DNA of 63,955 nt, counting the filler, from Intoshia linei (Eukaryota > Animalia > Orthonectida): the NCBI GenBank assembly GCA_001642005.1. It is 12 parts of 12 records of this genome, joined end to end, with 100 filler letters (N's around TTAATTAATTAA, not from the genome) between each part and the next. Parts side by side here need not be neighbours in the genome. Positions count along the whole stretch, not along the records: positions 1 to 11,919 come from LWCA01001128.1; positions 12,020 to 19,485 come from LWCA01001551.1; positions 19,586 to 34,977 come from LWCA01000916.1; 9 more parts are not named here. The stretch is one strand, 5' to 3'. Position 1 is the first letter of the stretch. Each line of letters starts with the position of its first letter. This document shows, one piece after another, positions 11,068-29,909 of the stretch. Below the pieces are notes generated by a model. The model was not told the DNA's origin and did no database searches. It saw only the letters and a program-made list of their open reading frames with translations. A program made the translations under genes and the position numbers.

Positions 11068-11364
11068 CAGGGATTGGAAATAATTGCAATTAATTGAAAA
11101 ATATTTTCATTTATCAATTAATTAATTTTTTTCATATAATTTAAAAAATTTAAATGACGAACAAAAGCATACTAGTATATTCATTATAACCACATGACCA
11201 GTTTTTTAAAAATGATTATGATATTGTTATCAATCTTCAATTACAATTGTAATTTAAATTTTTTTATATTTCAAAAAACCAATTTATTGCAATTATTTTT
11301 CATAAAGCAATTGGAAAATATTTTTTTATTTTCGTTAATTGTTATCAATTAATTCCAATCCCTG
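11068..11364. mobile_element. hAT-type MITE
   Basis: TIRs CAGGGATTGGAA..AATTG / CAATTAATTCCAATCCCTG; 8-bp TSD GTTACTAT/GTTACCAT. The same end recurs at 33883 and 36462. Confidence 0.8.
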
Positions 11365-11669
11365 GTTACCATTAGGTGATTTATTTAATATGGGAAATTG
11401 TTACAGTATTGTTTCTCAAAACTGTATTGACATAAGGTTTTTTTAAATATACGATAACATTTAATTTTATATCTAACTAGCTTGGCTGGTTTTATTTATT
11501 TTATAAATACATTGTGGTAATGTTAAAATTTAAGTAAAGTTTATACAAAATGTTTTGACAGTTAAAACTTAAAAATTGCGTAGCAATGAAAATAATTCCG
11601 AAGGAATCAATTATATAGATTTTCACCCATATATCTTTATTGGAAAAGAGAAGTGCAATCCATATTTTT

Positions 11670-11919
11670 TTTGAAATTGGTCCAAATTGGAATTCTGTGA
11701 TATTCTCGGATGAAAAAAAATTCAATTTGGACGGTCCTGATGGATTCTAGTTTTATTGGCATCATCTACGAAAGGAAAATGAAGTCTACTCTACGCGGCA
11801 AAGTGGAGGTGGATTGGTAATGGTCTGGGGAGCATTTTTACAGAAAGGCAAATCCAAATTGGCGATCTGAATGGAAATCAGAACTCTGAAGATTATATTT
11901 TTACCTTATCTGAATTTCT
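11670..11919 (+). mobile_element. Tc1/Tc3-like transposase fragment
   Basis: [43 protein letters not shown]; truncated by a gap. Confidence 0.9.
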
Positions 11920-12019
11920 NNNNNNNNNNNNNNNNNNNNNNNNNNNNNNNNNNNNNNNNNNNNTTAATTAATTAANNNNNNNNNNNNNNNNNNNNNNNNN
12001 NNNNNNNNNNNNNNNNNNN
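11920..12019. other. Artificial contig spacer N44-TTAATTAATTAA-N44
   Basis: The identical 100-nt linker, with stops in all six frames, recurs at 19486, 34978, 42435, 46261, 48313, 50190, 53800, 57471, 60955 and 62591. Confidence 0.95.
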
Positions 12020-12249
12020 TATTATAATGTCCTATTACTTATTAAATTTCAGTATAGTCGATCGCTAGTATTTTAAAAGTATATAGATATAAAGTATTTC
12101 AAAATATAAAGTCGATCTCTAAAAAATCAAGTTAGCCAGCCCTGATGTAGATGATATACATGATCAATTATAGATGTAGACTACATCTACTACTTTACTC
12201 TACAGACCAAATATAGAGGGATCTGACATTGAGACTTTTTTTAAAATTA

Positions 12250-12931
12250 ACATTGCAATTCCTTTTTTCGATTCTATTTTAGTTGAACGCAGCCTACGAT
12301 TTTTCAGTGGTCAACAGATTTTTTTGAAAATATTTTCCCTACATCCCACTTATTTTGAAGATTTGAAAGAATTCGCAGAAAAATATGAATTATTTTTATC
12401 ATGCATATCATTAGATTGAGATCTCAAAGCAGAATATACTAGATGGAAAAAAAACTTGATTCAAAGACCACTATCATCATACAATTAATCGGCTGCAATT
12501 CTAATTTGTTTCCAAATATTCATCAACTATTAATTATTTTGGCAACATTGCCAATCACCACATGTGAATGTGAACGCTCCATTAGCATTTTGAGATGATT
12601 GAAAACCGTTTAAAGATCAACAATGACTGGTAATCGTCTATGTGGAGTGGTCCTCATAAATTGCTACTATGACTATAATTTTCATATTGAAGGTTTGGTT
12701 AATGAATTTGCAATACTTCATCCAAGAAGACTGGACCCAGTTGATTTAGGATTATTTGATGAACAAAAATAATTATTAATTAAATTTTAATCATTTTTTT
12801 ATTTTTGCGAAAAAATACAAATTTGGAAACTATTTTATAACAACTTTAAATAAAATTAAAAGAGACGCCCTAAAAAAAATGTCTTGATATTAAAATTGCA
12901 CCCCATTAACTAGCCTCTTGGATCCTCCCTG
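12250..12931 (+). mobile_element. hAT transposase C-terminal dimerisation domain relic
   Basis: LFPNIHQLLIILATLPITTCECERSISILR*LKTV*RSTMTGNRL; ends in a TIR-like ..GGATCCTCCCTG. Confidence 0.8.
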
Positions 12932-13320
12932 ACTAATATATTCGATATTTGCATTCAAGTATATAGCTCTATACAATTCATTCAACCTTCTGAATCGTAA
13001 TTTGTATTTCATTACTTATATCCACCTCTTGACTTTAAAAGATTTGATATTATAAATAACATTCAATGCTAAAGTACTTTAGTAATATTCATAGAATTAA
13101 TATTTGAAAAACTTAATTTATGTAACATAAATCCTTTCAATTAAAAATTATAATCTGTATAAAGTTACTTTTCCACAAACAGTAACGTTAACAATAAATG
13201 AATGAAACTATTCAAATAAATAATGTTAATTTCAATACCATGCCACTGAACATGACGTGTTCTAAGATTAAAATTAAATGTTTGATTTATAGTAACTAAT
13301 ATTGGACAGAATTTTATAAA

Positions 13321-18611
<5,291 letters not shown>

Positions 18612-19197
18612 ATGTCCGTTTATCTATGTAATTGATAGATGATTTGTACAAAAATAAAATATATTCAATAAAATATTTTCCCTGTTTAATCAAACTGATT
18701 TTTTCTATTGTTTTACTAATACTCTTACTTTTTGTGGAAACACATAAAAACGCATTTAATTTTATGTGTCCAAAAGCATTTATATTGGATAAAATTTTTG
18801 AAAACTAAATAATATCGTTTTTACTCGAATGTACTCGGAACAAGTGAATTTAACTGTTGACAACTCCATACAACTTTGAACAATTCAACAATTGAAATGA
18901 CATATTTAAATTATTTAAATATCTGTAAAGCCGAGATGTATGACATACAACTTAATTTTAATTATACTATTTGTGTTTTCACATGTTTTTTTCAATAATT
19001 TAATTTTTTACAACAGATGTTAAATGAAATTTTATAATTTACACTCACGTGAACTAGAGAATTGAAAACTCAAGTTATAGACTACAATTTATTTTTGATT
19101 TAAATTGTTAGAAAAATATTTTTTTATAAAAAGTATACCGTGCTATTTATTTGGTAATATAAATATTTACAATAAATTATATACATTTATAGTTCTA

Positions 19198-19485
19198 ATG
19201 CCCAACCCTAATCGTTCCTTATTGAATAGCGTTTTGAGAGCTATTGACGAGGGGGAAGATGCAATTGAAAATGTGAATATTGTTGATAACATAAAAATTG
19301 AAATTAATTTCAGTGGTCCTTTATCAATATATAAATTTGTTTCAGAGAATGATGCCTTTTTGGATATTACCGGATCTTATAAAATGGAACTGGAACTACT
19401 GTATCACAGTTTAATTGGATTCCTAGTTGATCATAGAAGACGAGGTCCTTCGCCTAAAATTAAAGGGATAGATCCATTAATTTTG
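19198..19485 (+). mobile_element. Probable N-terminus of a Harbinger/IS5-like transposase, cut by a gap
   Basis: FLDITGSYKMELELLYHSL..RRRGPSPKIKGIDPLIL resembles the 'F..TG...F..L....RRGP..' lead-in to the HTH of DDE transposases. Weak. Confidence 0.4.
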
Positions 19486-20134
19486 NNNNNNNNNNNNNNN
19501 NNNNNNNNNNNNNNNNNNNNNNNNNNNNNTTAATTAATTAANNNNNNNNNNNNNNNNNNNNNNNNNNNNNNNNNNNNNNNNNNNNTCGTGAATGTCTTGT
19601 ATTTGAATGAATTTATTATATTATAAATAACCAGAATTCTAGAAATTAAAATAATTAATAAAATCTAAAAAAATTGAGCTAGAAACAAATTTAAAAAAAT
19701 AAACTGTATAACTAAACATGGAGAACAGTATTATAAGGCGATACCACATTTAAAAGCTCAAACGCCGATTTACGTTAAAATAAAGTTCAGTTTTTATTTC
19801 TTCATAATATTTATACAGTGATATTTAAAATGGCAAACGCAACTCGAATAGATAAGCGTTAAATATTTTTGATTGCGAATTAGTTTTTCTATTTTAAAAA
19901 TACACACTTTTAGTGCTAATTGCCCTTAATTCTTTGATGGGTGTGAAGCCCTAATGTAAATATTTCTGATTAAAAATAACTTAATAAATTATAAATCTAT
20001 ATTTTTCAAATTTTTGATAATGTTAATATTCATTATTCAATGAGATTCTCATGACGAGAACGAAATGTGTAATTAAAACTTTAAAGTGAAAAATAATTTA
20101 TTAAAATCAATAAATTGACCAATAATATAAATAT

Positions 20135-21148
20135 CTAATCTTCTTTATCTTTTCTGGGTTTATTGTTTTCGTGGGCATTATTTCCAATCAGTTGCCAACC
20201 ATTAAAAGCAAAAAAACCAAAAATAGCTTCAATAGGACGAATGGGATCCACAACATCAAAAAGAATAATAAAAATGCGCAAATACAAAGAAATAGAAAAA
20301 AGAACAACAAACAAAACATTGGAATCGATTTTAATCCATTCATACTTTTGAAGTAAAAGCAGTCCACATAAAAGTGCGCTACTCTTTGAGGTGCTAAAAA
20401 TAAAATAAAAAATAAATGACATCAAAATTTACAAAGTTGGTTGTAGAAATTCATTTTGGTGTGCTACAATAATACCTCTAACAAACCTTTGAACGTTAAC
20501 GAAAATACAGGACCCGCAACCTATAAATAGAAATAAAGAATTCCAAATAAAACCACCTTTCAATGTCCCAATCAATAACGCAATTAACCAAGCATCCGGG
20601 TATTGAGAAAAGGCTACAGATATGCCAATCAAAATATTTCTCATTCTGTGAAGTTCTTTGGCAATGTATAAGACCATTTTCATTAATTTGAATGAAAGAA
20701 TACGATGAATAAAATTAAAAGGCATGTAATTAATAACGTACCTTAACAATTGAAAAAATTAATTACCAATCATAGATTTTTGTATTTTTGGATAAAATTA
20801 TAAAATTTACCAAATTATAGTGGCATATAAAAGAGGTGTAGTCGTTTTAATTGGTGTTACAAGTGCATTTCCTAAAATTATATTGCACAATATGCTACTA
20901 GAGAAGCACATTATCATACTGGCCATCCAAGAAGAAAAAGGTTGTCGTTTCGAAAAATTTTCATCTACAATCAATATTATGATCCATTTTTAAATTAAAT
21001 TAAATACAAACAAATTACACTTTGACTTATTCATTGTATCATCTTTGACAGAACAACACATTAAAATGTAATGCACAATGTCCAAGTAAGGACTCATCGG
21101 AATGAATTTCAAGAAGAGAGCCAATTGACTTATGTTATTAAAATACAT
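20135..21148 (-). CDS. TMEM38: Trimeric intracellular cation channel (TRIC/TMEM38), 5 exons
   Basis: ATG at 21148. MSPYLDIVHYILMCCSVKDD | FSKRQPFSSWMASMIMCFSSSILCNIILG..ATIIW | YVINYMPFN..KELHRMRNILIGI..YPDAWLIALLIGTLK | GCGS..VQRFVRG..EFLQPT | TSKSS..VDPIRPIE..*. Short GT-AG introns. Confidence 0.92.
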
Positions 21149-21534
21149 TTCTGAATTTTAAAATATAAAGTTTATTTAAAATACTACAATAGTAGCTGTA
21201 GTTAAAAGTAACAATGTGCTCTTTCTAATCTGTAACGATTTCATGAAACTTTAAATGTTATAAATTATAAATTATAATGTTGTATGGGCGTATTAAATTG
21301 TACAAATTAAATATACATTTGTATTTGCTCATTTTATTGTATAACGTAGTGATTTAATCATTTCCTCAAATTTTTTTTATGGACATGCAATTTGCATTTT
21401 TAAAATTACTAACCAATACAGTTTTTTTGCAACTAGATTTTTATTGTTACATTTCAAATAAATTTACTTTAAAATTAAATATGGCGCCACTTATACATTT
21501 ATACAGGCATTTTTAATTTTGGATTTTAATTATT

Positions 21535-24500
21535 ATGGATTATGGTGTAATTAATATATATTTGTTATTGTCTAGATTTGTTTTTATATTTTTTTAGAGT
21601 TTTATAGAGTTTCCTATAACAAGAAGCATTTTATGGCATACGAAAGCAGTCAATCCTGAAGATTCTCCTCAATTAATTTATAATCATGACTTTTTACTTG
21701 AAATGGATTACAGATTACTACGAAATATTGGTAGACTTTCTTCACGTCTTAAAAACAATGACAATTATGAAGAAGTTATTTTAATGTCCTCCGTTGAATA
21801 TGATAATGGTAATCATTTGACACTGTTGGGTTCAAGGTTCTGTCCGTTTCTAGAAACAGACTAGCTATATGTTTTTAATTTGGTACAAACAGTATATACT
21901 AAATTTATATAGCTTTATATAACTATATAGCTATCGAGGGAACGTTGTGAGGAGTGAAAATTTTTAATTTTAGTAAACATTAGGGTGCTTCAAAATTTTA
22001 TCATTGGTTACAACTTTAGGTCAAACATTTTTGAATTTTGATCAAGAACAGTTAATTCGAAAAATACATTCCCTTACGAAAAAAAACGAAATCGGTTAAT
22101 ATTTATATTAATATTGAAATTCATACAAAAATGTTAAGATAAATATAACTTAATTGATTAACTAACTAATTTGGTTTATGTGGATACTTATGTTGGTAAT
22201 TCCTTTGATGGATTTACCATACTTTGTGGATCATTTTGGTTTTTTGAATTCATTTCTAGCTCATTTATTTTGGTTTTTAATGATGGAATTCCTAATAATT
22301 AACCCCAAAAACTACACATAAATTTTGTTATAAACTAAAAATGAATTTCGTAAAAATCAAAATAAATGAACTAAAATTTAATTTCAAAAAACAAAATGGT
22401 CCACGATACATGTTTAACCCATCAAGTTTGAAAAGAGGATTTTAGGTGATTTTATAGAGGTTCCAGTTTTTTAATTTTAATTTTATTTACGAAAATAAGA
22501 GGTGTAGAGTTTTAAAAACACCGATTTATAATACAGTTTTTCAAGGATTTGATTTCAGAAATTTAGTCTATCAGGGTAACAAACCATAATTATCCTTTTT
22601 TTTTAAATTAAACGAGACCTAGAATTTTTTAAAATCATGAACATTATAAATTTCAATTTCAAAAACGTATCTTCATGGTTAAATCGTCAAATTACTCATT
22701 CTAACTTATATAAAAGTCTATACATTTATTTGTGTGTATTATCATTGTTTTATAAAATTAAAAAAACTTAATAAGCCCAGAATTTAAAAAAGATGACATT
22801 TAATACAGCTTTTTGCAGTTAAAATATATAAAAAATGTCAATGTTAAGTTATGCTTTCATGTTCAAAAAAGCAATTTACTGTTTACCATTTTTTTGGGGA
22901 AATTATTTAATTAAAACAAAAAATTTGATATAATTAATGGTCCTAGAATTTAAAAATAAAAAATAATCTTGAAACAATTGGGAACCATTCCTTTAAAAGA
23001 TTGGTAATAGTGTATAGTTGAATTTTTATGTAAGATTTTATTTTTTTGGTAGAATTAAAAAGGTCCGATCTAGGTAGAGCTAGGTGCTGTTTGTACGAAG
23101 TAGAAAACAGTCAAAGTATTTATATTTTTTTTCGTGGTTTAAAAGACAATTAAAAACCACACTTTTAAAAAATAGCGGAATAATTGATTTTGATGATTTT
23201 TTGTATACTAATTGGAAAACTCACTTGGTGAGTACTGCTGGACAATACATCAGTTGTTAAAATAATTAAAATTTGTCTAAATTTATATATATGAAATATA
23301 TGAAAATATTTATATATTTTTTCATCATACTAAAATATTAAAACCCTGGGAGGTCGTCGTAGAAACATGATTTGTAGGAGGGTATGCTCATTATTGTAGT
23401 GTTACCATGGAAATTTCGTGTTTTTGATAGTGATAGGGTAAAAATTCAGCATCACGGAATTACTGTAATAGACAATTTATTTTAATTTAAACAATTACAT
23501 AAAACGATATATAATTAAAATAATGATTAATAATCATAATCACAGATATTTCATAATCATTGATTATTATTTTTTGATTTATATTTTTTATTCGTGGTTT
23601 AAAACACGATTAAAAACCATACTTTGAAAAAATAGCGGAATAATTGATTTTGATGATTTTTTGTATACTACTTCTAAAGATTTCTAAGATTTTTATCAAG
23701 CTACTTTATTTATATAAACAAATACAATTCATTGAAAAGTGTACAAAAAATTGCTTAATATTTTTTCCTTTAATTAAAAAAATGATGAGATACCAAAAAA
23801 TTAAGACTATAAATGTATTATTATAAAATTGTAATAATTTTTAGAAGCCAATCGAATTAAAATAATAATGGATAGAATGGAAGTAGCACCATATATTGAT
23901 GATATGTATCTTTCAGAAAATGACCTTGTACCACCCGATGTTTACTTTAAATGTTCAATCAAAAAGACTTCGAACGTTGATCAAATGAAAGATTTTGCCC
24001 TTCAAGAACTGTTGAATAATTGTTCAGGTCAAGCTTTCAGAGGAAATTCACATAATTACTTGATTGCATCGAAAGGACGAATAATCTTTCATAAAACATT
24101 TGAAGAAGGGTTAAATAGAGATATTAATTCATTTCACATAGATTTTTACTTAATTGCACCTCGAACCATATTTTCACTCGTAAAAATACTATCACCCACA
24201 ATTGTTACAACCCCGCTCAGTAAGAGTTTGCTAAGTCCTAGTCAATGCGTTAGATATGGATATCTGAGCATGGACAAATCTCGTAATATTATTATGCTGA
24301 TGAGTGAAGATATACGGACAAAAGAGGTTCCACTGGTTGGTGTATGGGTGTGTGGAGTTAAATCGTTACAAGATTGCTTTGTTTGGAACATATTTTTGAA
24401 ATATTGGTATTCTCTCAATATTAAAAAGGCAAATAAGACTAATTTTTTATTACTATTAACTCTGGCAGACAAGTCAATAACGTTTTACGACGTTAAATTA

Positions 24501-27500
24501 AAAGACCCTGCCGAATCTCATGATTTAAAGTTTTCATTATATTCTTGTCACACTATTGTTAATGTTAATATGGTAAAGTGTTCATATGTTAACTTGAAAA
24601 CAGACTTTAGAACGAATGATAAAGAAACACTTGATATTCCTTTTGTTCCATTTAAGAATACCTTTTCCAAGTCTCAAACCGGGAATGATTTGGATGAATT
24701 TCATTACAATTCTAGCCAATTTATTTTTTCAGACTTAATGAAGAAGCTTAATGTTTTTCCACCGAAAAAAATTGAAAAACCATCAAACATTCCATATTTA
24801 ACATCTCGAATCTTACCATGTGAGTCCACCAATTCAATATCAAAAAAATCTTCATTTTATAGACTTTTTGGTGAATGTGAGCCTGTTAATGTTTCCTTTC
24901 CTAGGCGAGATGTTTCTGCTTTTATTGATGATATACACTCTACTATTTGTGAAAGTGAAACTAATTTAAAACTTAAAATGAAAAATGTCAATATTCAAGA
25001 TAATGATAATGAAAATTCAACGCTTTCTCATAAAAATGCCATCACACAACCAATTATTTCTGATCAGTGCGACCAAGAAAAAGCATTAGATCTTTCTTAT
25101 AAGGGTAAACTTGAAAACTCTGAGAAAGCAAACAGCTTATCTAGTTTCAGCAAGGGTGAATCTGTAGCATCTGTTGATAATTATAAAAAATATTTAGAAG
25201 ATAAGATTGATTCGATGGAAGCTACAATGGTAGAATTATTTAATAGGCATTCTCAACAGGTTTCAGATTTAAAAAGTCAAGTTGATGAAATTCATTTAAT
25301 TCAAAAAAAATATTTTAAAAATCTTTGCCGTGTTTGTAAACACAAGTTACATTCCACCGCTAAAGTCGATGATGTTGATGCTAATTATGATAAACAGAAT
25401 GGTGATTCTGATAGTGATTGTCTTGATTCGAACAAAGAACGTTTATTTGATTCTGAAGGCATTTTAAAACTTGAAAACAAAATTGAGAAAATGTGGGATT
25501 TTTATGCTCAACATAGTTCTAAAAACATCAGTCCAAATTCAAGGTTTTTTCATTTTTATAATTTTTCATCAATTCGTTATTTGTTGTTTCTAATTATATA
25601 TTCATTTAGTTCCGAAAATTGGAAGTTTAAACAACTTGATAATATTACCCAGCAGGTACGCTTATTAAATCCCATTGATGATACGTTAATATGTCTACAT
25701 ATCTTTATCTATATATGTACATTGTACATCGGCTAGCTCTACCGAGGGTCGACTTTTCAATTTATTAAACAATGATTGTGACCTTAACAACAGTCACATT
25801 ATACTTACAATAAAATATCTAATAAATCTTCATAAAAAAATCAGGGATCTTGGATTTTTCCATTTTTTAAAAAGTTTAATTTATGATTTTTTAACTGTGA
25901 AGGTACCATTTTTGAGAGTGAAATATTATTTTATTTTGTGCACTGGAAAAAACTGATTGAAAATTTCTATTTTTTAAGTTTCTGTGACCCAGGTTTCTAA
26001 ATAAATGATTACACACAGAGTCTGTGTATCAGACTAAACTCATTTTTACAAGCTAGAAAAATTTCACAAGGTCCATAAAAATATTAAAAATTAATTAAAT
26101 TCATAGTCCTATAATTTAAATAAATATATAATTCCAATACAATTTTTTTCCATTTGATACTGTAAAAAATCTAGCCTCACAAATTTGATTCGTCCCCGTC
26201 AAAAAGATATTTTAATTATTTTACTAACCAAAAACTTGTATTTTGAAAACTAATTACACATTTAGATATAATTTTTAACTTGATAATTCAAAATTATAGG
26301 TTTCTATCTCAGAAGTTTACCTTTTCTTTTTTATTAAGGGGAATAGAAGCTGTAATTTACATGAATTCATATCTTTTAAGGGGTCTAATGTAGTTTTAAA
26401 TTTAAGAGGTAGTTTTATATACAATTGATATGTATGATTTATAATCACGTTAAATATAAATCTAATTACAACTGCAGCTAAATATTGATTTTATACATAA
26501 CATTAAAATTGAATACTTTATAATTGTTTCTAAGAAATTGAATGAATGGTTTTTTATTGGCGATTTTTAATTTCAAATTGGAATAATGTTTGATTTGATT
26601 TTTTTAATCGAATAATAAATTAAAAATCAATAGATGTGTAATTTTTGTGTTGTTTTTTTAAATTTTATTCAATTATTCTTAATCTTTTGCAATTGTGTTT
26701 TTCAAGTTTTTAAAATTTTTCTTCCTACACCGATGAGTAAAATTTAATAAAATTGCAGATTATTGTTAGTATTGAACCACATTTTTAGCGTTTAAGTCTC
26801 AAGTTAATTATAATGAGAATGACGGATCTAATAATTTTGGTTTCTCGGTATATTTTGAATTTTCAAAATAGTTTAATTACCGCAAATTTTTTATTTCTTC
26901 ATTGTCTGGCTCACTGAGAAAAATTATATATTTATAAAAAATACATTTTAAAATAAAATATACGACGTCCATTCTCTAGAGCAGTGATTCCCGAATCAAA
27001 TAGTGTACGGACCTCATTTTAAAAAATATTGGAAAAATGGGATTTTTCCATTAAGGGTTCGTAAAACTGAATTTTTATTTTAGGATTGGATTAAGAGGTT
27101 TTTCTAATAAGATTTGGTAAAATTGTTTTTTTCATAAAAATATTGGAAAAAGAGGAACTTTCCCTTAAGCGTTGATAAATATGAATTTTTCCACTGCGTT
27201 TAATCAAATTAGTCACAAAATTTTAATTTTTTATATTGTAAGTGGATTTTTCAAAAAAAATATCTGAAAACTCTAAGGATTTGAAATGGTATTTTTTATT
27301 AATAGTATTAATGGAAAATCTGTAATATTAAAAATTCCTCTATAAAAATAAAAAAAAAATTAGGCAGATAGTTTTGGATCCTCAACCTGGAACCACTGCT
27401 CTAGAGCGATGTGTTGTTGGTGTGATACAACTTTGAGCCACATAATCAGCGATCTTACTAATTTATCATATTATTGACTTTTTCACGAAATTTGGTAGGG

Positions 27501-28592
27501 TTATTAAGGGATTTTTTTCACTCAATTTATAAAGATTTTGAAGTCAAATGTGCTACCAAAATTTTGTATCGTTTTCAAGATTATATTTTTTCACCTAATT
27601 TTTAAAGATCTCTTAAAAACGTTAATCCAAAAATTATCTTTAAAATATTTAAGAAATGTTTCCTTAAAAACCTTACCAAATCTTAAAAATTAGGTGAAAA
27701 TAAACCCCTTAAAAACACTACCAAATTTTGGTCTCAAAATTATCTTAAAATCTTTAAATCTTAAATCTTAAAAATTGGTGAAAAAATCAATTATATGATT
27801 AATTAGCAAATCTATGATTATGTCGCTCTTAGTTGTATCGCTAAACTGAATGTTCGTTAAAATGTACAAATCTCCCAGAAACACGTCTGTATCCAATGGC
27901 TTCAAATGAGCAGTCCGCTCAGGTCTACCATTAATAGTGTCAATTTTAAAAACCATTTACCGGCTAATTTTACAATTACATTGTACATAGTCCATTGTTT
28001 TCGCTACCATTAGAACCTTAAAAAAAATTTTTTGACTTATTATTAAAGTAATTACTGGATTATCAACTATTTTTTAATTTTGATTTAGCATTATCTTGTT
28101 GATAAATACGATAAAAACGTTAATGATGTTGATTTGAGTAGAATCGCCGATAGCCACGCAAAAAAATACCTATCGCTTGATAAAATGACTAAACTTTCTG
28201 AAATGAAATTACCTAAAAACCATCAAGTTGTAGAAAAAATTTCTGATAAAACTAATAGTGTTTATGGTCTTCCTACATCATGTATGTCAATTCATACACA
28301 ACAGTACATGCACAATCACGGCCTATTTCTGGACAATGAAAACAGTGAAGATAAATTAGACGACCAACTTGATCCTTTCCAAAAAATACCTTCGAAAATT
28401 ATAAAAAACGAAGAAATTTTAAAAAATCCGTTTGGTATTTCATCAAATTCAAACAATGAAAATGTATTACCATCTACAATACATTTTCAAGATGAACTAG
28501 TCCTTACAAGCTCTCCTAAAAAAGATACAACTATACCAGATGAAACCACAATCGATGTACAAAAACTCAAACAATTACCCAAATTTATATAA
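21535..28592 (+). CDS. STIL: Centriole assembly protein STIL (SAS-5/Ana2 family)
   Basis: Likely exons 21535-21544 (start uncertain), 21608-21808, 23845-25543, 25610-25655, 28089-28592. N-domain FPITRSILW and YGYLSMDKSRNIIML..PLVGVWVCGV; central coiled coil; STAN motif DLSRIADSHAKKYL..GLPTSCMSIHTQQYMHNHGL; terminal TIM motif IDVQKLKQLPKFI*. Confidence 0.92.
22205..22425. repeat. Foldback inverted repeat (~70-bp arms) in a STIL intron
   Basis: TTGATGGATTTACC..TTTATTTTGGTTTTTA pairs imperfectly with TAAAAATCAAAATAAATG..AACCCATCAA. Confidence 0.65.
26982..27398. mobile_element. hAT (Charlie/Buster-type) MITE
   Basis: Ends CAGTGATTCC / GGAACCACTG; perfect 8-bp TSD CTCTAGAG at 26974-26981 and 27399-27406. 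Confidence 0.85.
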
Positions 28593-28810
28593 TACATTTA
28601 CATTTTGTTTTTATTTGATCATTTTAATTAAATTTAGAACGGGTATTGTATTAGGTTTTTATCGCATTTACTGTAAATTGTACATGTATTGATTAAACAG
28701 ATACATTATTATTGATTATAATGCGTCTAAAATTCAATGGTAAAGAAAAATTTAGAACAAGGTAACCAAGTATTTTATTGGTAAATTTTATCAAGAATTT
28801 GTGCATTAAA

Positions 28811-29909
28811 ATGCTGTCAAAAGTTTTTCATGTTTTATGGGTATTTGATAAGGTTGATTATTTGTATTTGTTTTTAGATTGTTAATGTTTTGACGCAAGA
28901 ATTACCAATTGATAATAAAATTGACATTGAAAACATTTTTGTTGCACCCAACCCCATCATTGATAGTGAAGATGTTGCGGTTACAAAAGTTTTAATGGAT
29001 TTGAACGTTACTGCGGATTCTAAAATGTTTCCAATCATAAATGCATTAAACATTACGCAAAATGTGTCGAATCTGTCGGTTAACTCAGCCGAGTATCATG
29101 AAACATTTGCCCTTTGGGGGTTAAGTATGAATATTTTGCATACTGGTGAATCGGCTTTTTTGAGGGCTTATAGCACCAATAATTCTATTCAAGCAATGGA
29201 AACGTGTAACAACATGTGCTTAGATAGAGGTTATTTATTATTAATTAATAACAGTAGATGTACAGAATTAATGATTTTCAATTTGAACATGTTAAAATAT
29301 TAAGGTTGAATAAATGTCTTAATTTTTTACATGTTAATAACAATTCATAAAGTTTTAAATTTAGATAACTGCAATGTGATCAATGTTGATGTTCAAGTAA
29401 ACACAGTATGGGGATTGGATGAATTTTTAGAAATTAAATGCAAATTTTATGACTGTATAAACTACCCCTGTTCTATAAATAAGACTAATCCACAAATTTC
29501 AATTTTTGGATTTCCGTGGAATCTCATCAATGTACCCAAATTTATAAAAAACAATTCTCAATCCATTTTAAATGAAGATATAAATTTTTACGCAAATAGT
29601 GCCAAATTACAGCAAATAGTGAGCAATTTCAAAACAAGCATCATGAAAATGTTTACATTTGATGGAAATGTAACAGACATTCTAGATGTTGATTTGCACG
29701 AAAAGTATAAACGCAACAAATTTATATCAATACGAATTGCTAATAGTACCGATCAAATGCATATTTATGATTTCAATACAACTTTGGTTATGCTTACAAT
29801 GGTTGGTTTTGTTGTATTGGTACTTTCGTTCGGCACAATTGTCCTATATTGGACATTTAGTGGAAAATTAGTTAAATTTCCATCAATTCAAAGATATCGA
29901 AAATGCTAA
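28811..29909 (+). CDS. Uncharacterised type I membrane protein with a Cys-rich (PAN/MANSC-like) module
   Basis: Exons 28811-28840, 28878-29229, 29365-29909 (first intron 37 nt). Signal-like MLSKVFHVLWIVNVLT, CNNMCLDRDNCNVINV..CKFYDC..PC, many NxS/T sites, a C-terminal TM (LVMLTMVGFVVLVLSFGTIVLYW) and a short basic tail. Confidence 0.7.

Noticed and set aside
11920-12019. Recurrent TTAATTAATTAA palindrome flanked by Ns (11 copies), superficially like a repeat array
   Set aside because: Fixed 100-nt synthetic contig linker with stops in all frames; not biological, and adjacency across it is unproven.
23120-23670. ~90-nt direct repeats at 23120 and 23580 as possible LTRs
   Set aside because: No TG..CA ends, PBS or PPT; treated as a local duplication.
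27480-27790. Short degenerate repeats (TACCAAA.., TTCACC/GGTGAA) resembling a CRISPR-like array
   Set aside because: Irregular length and orientation, no constant repeat-spacer period, and a eukaryotic intron context; likely TE subterminal repeats.
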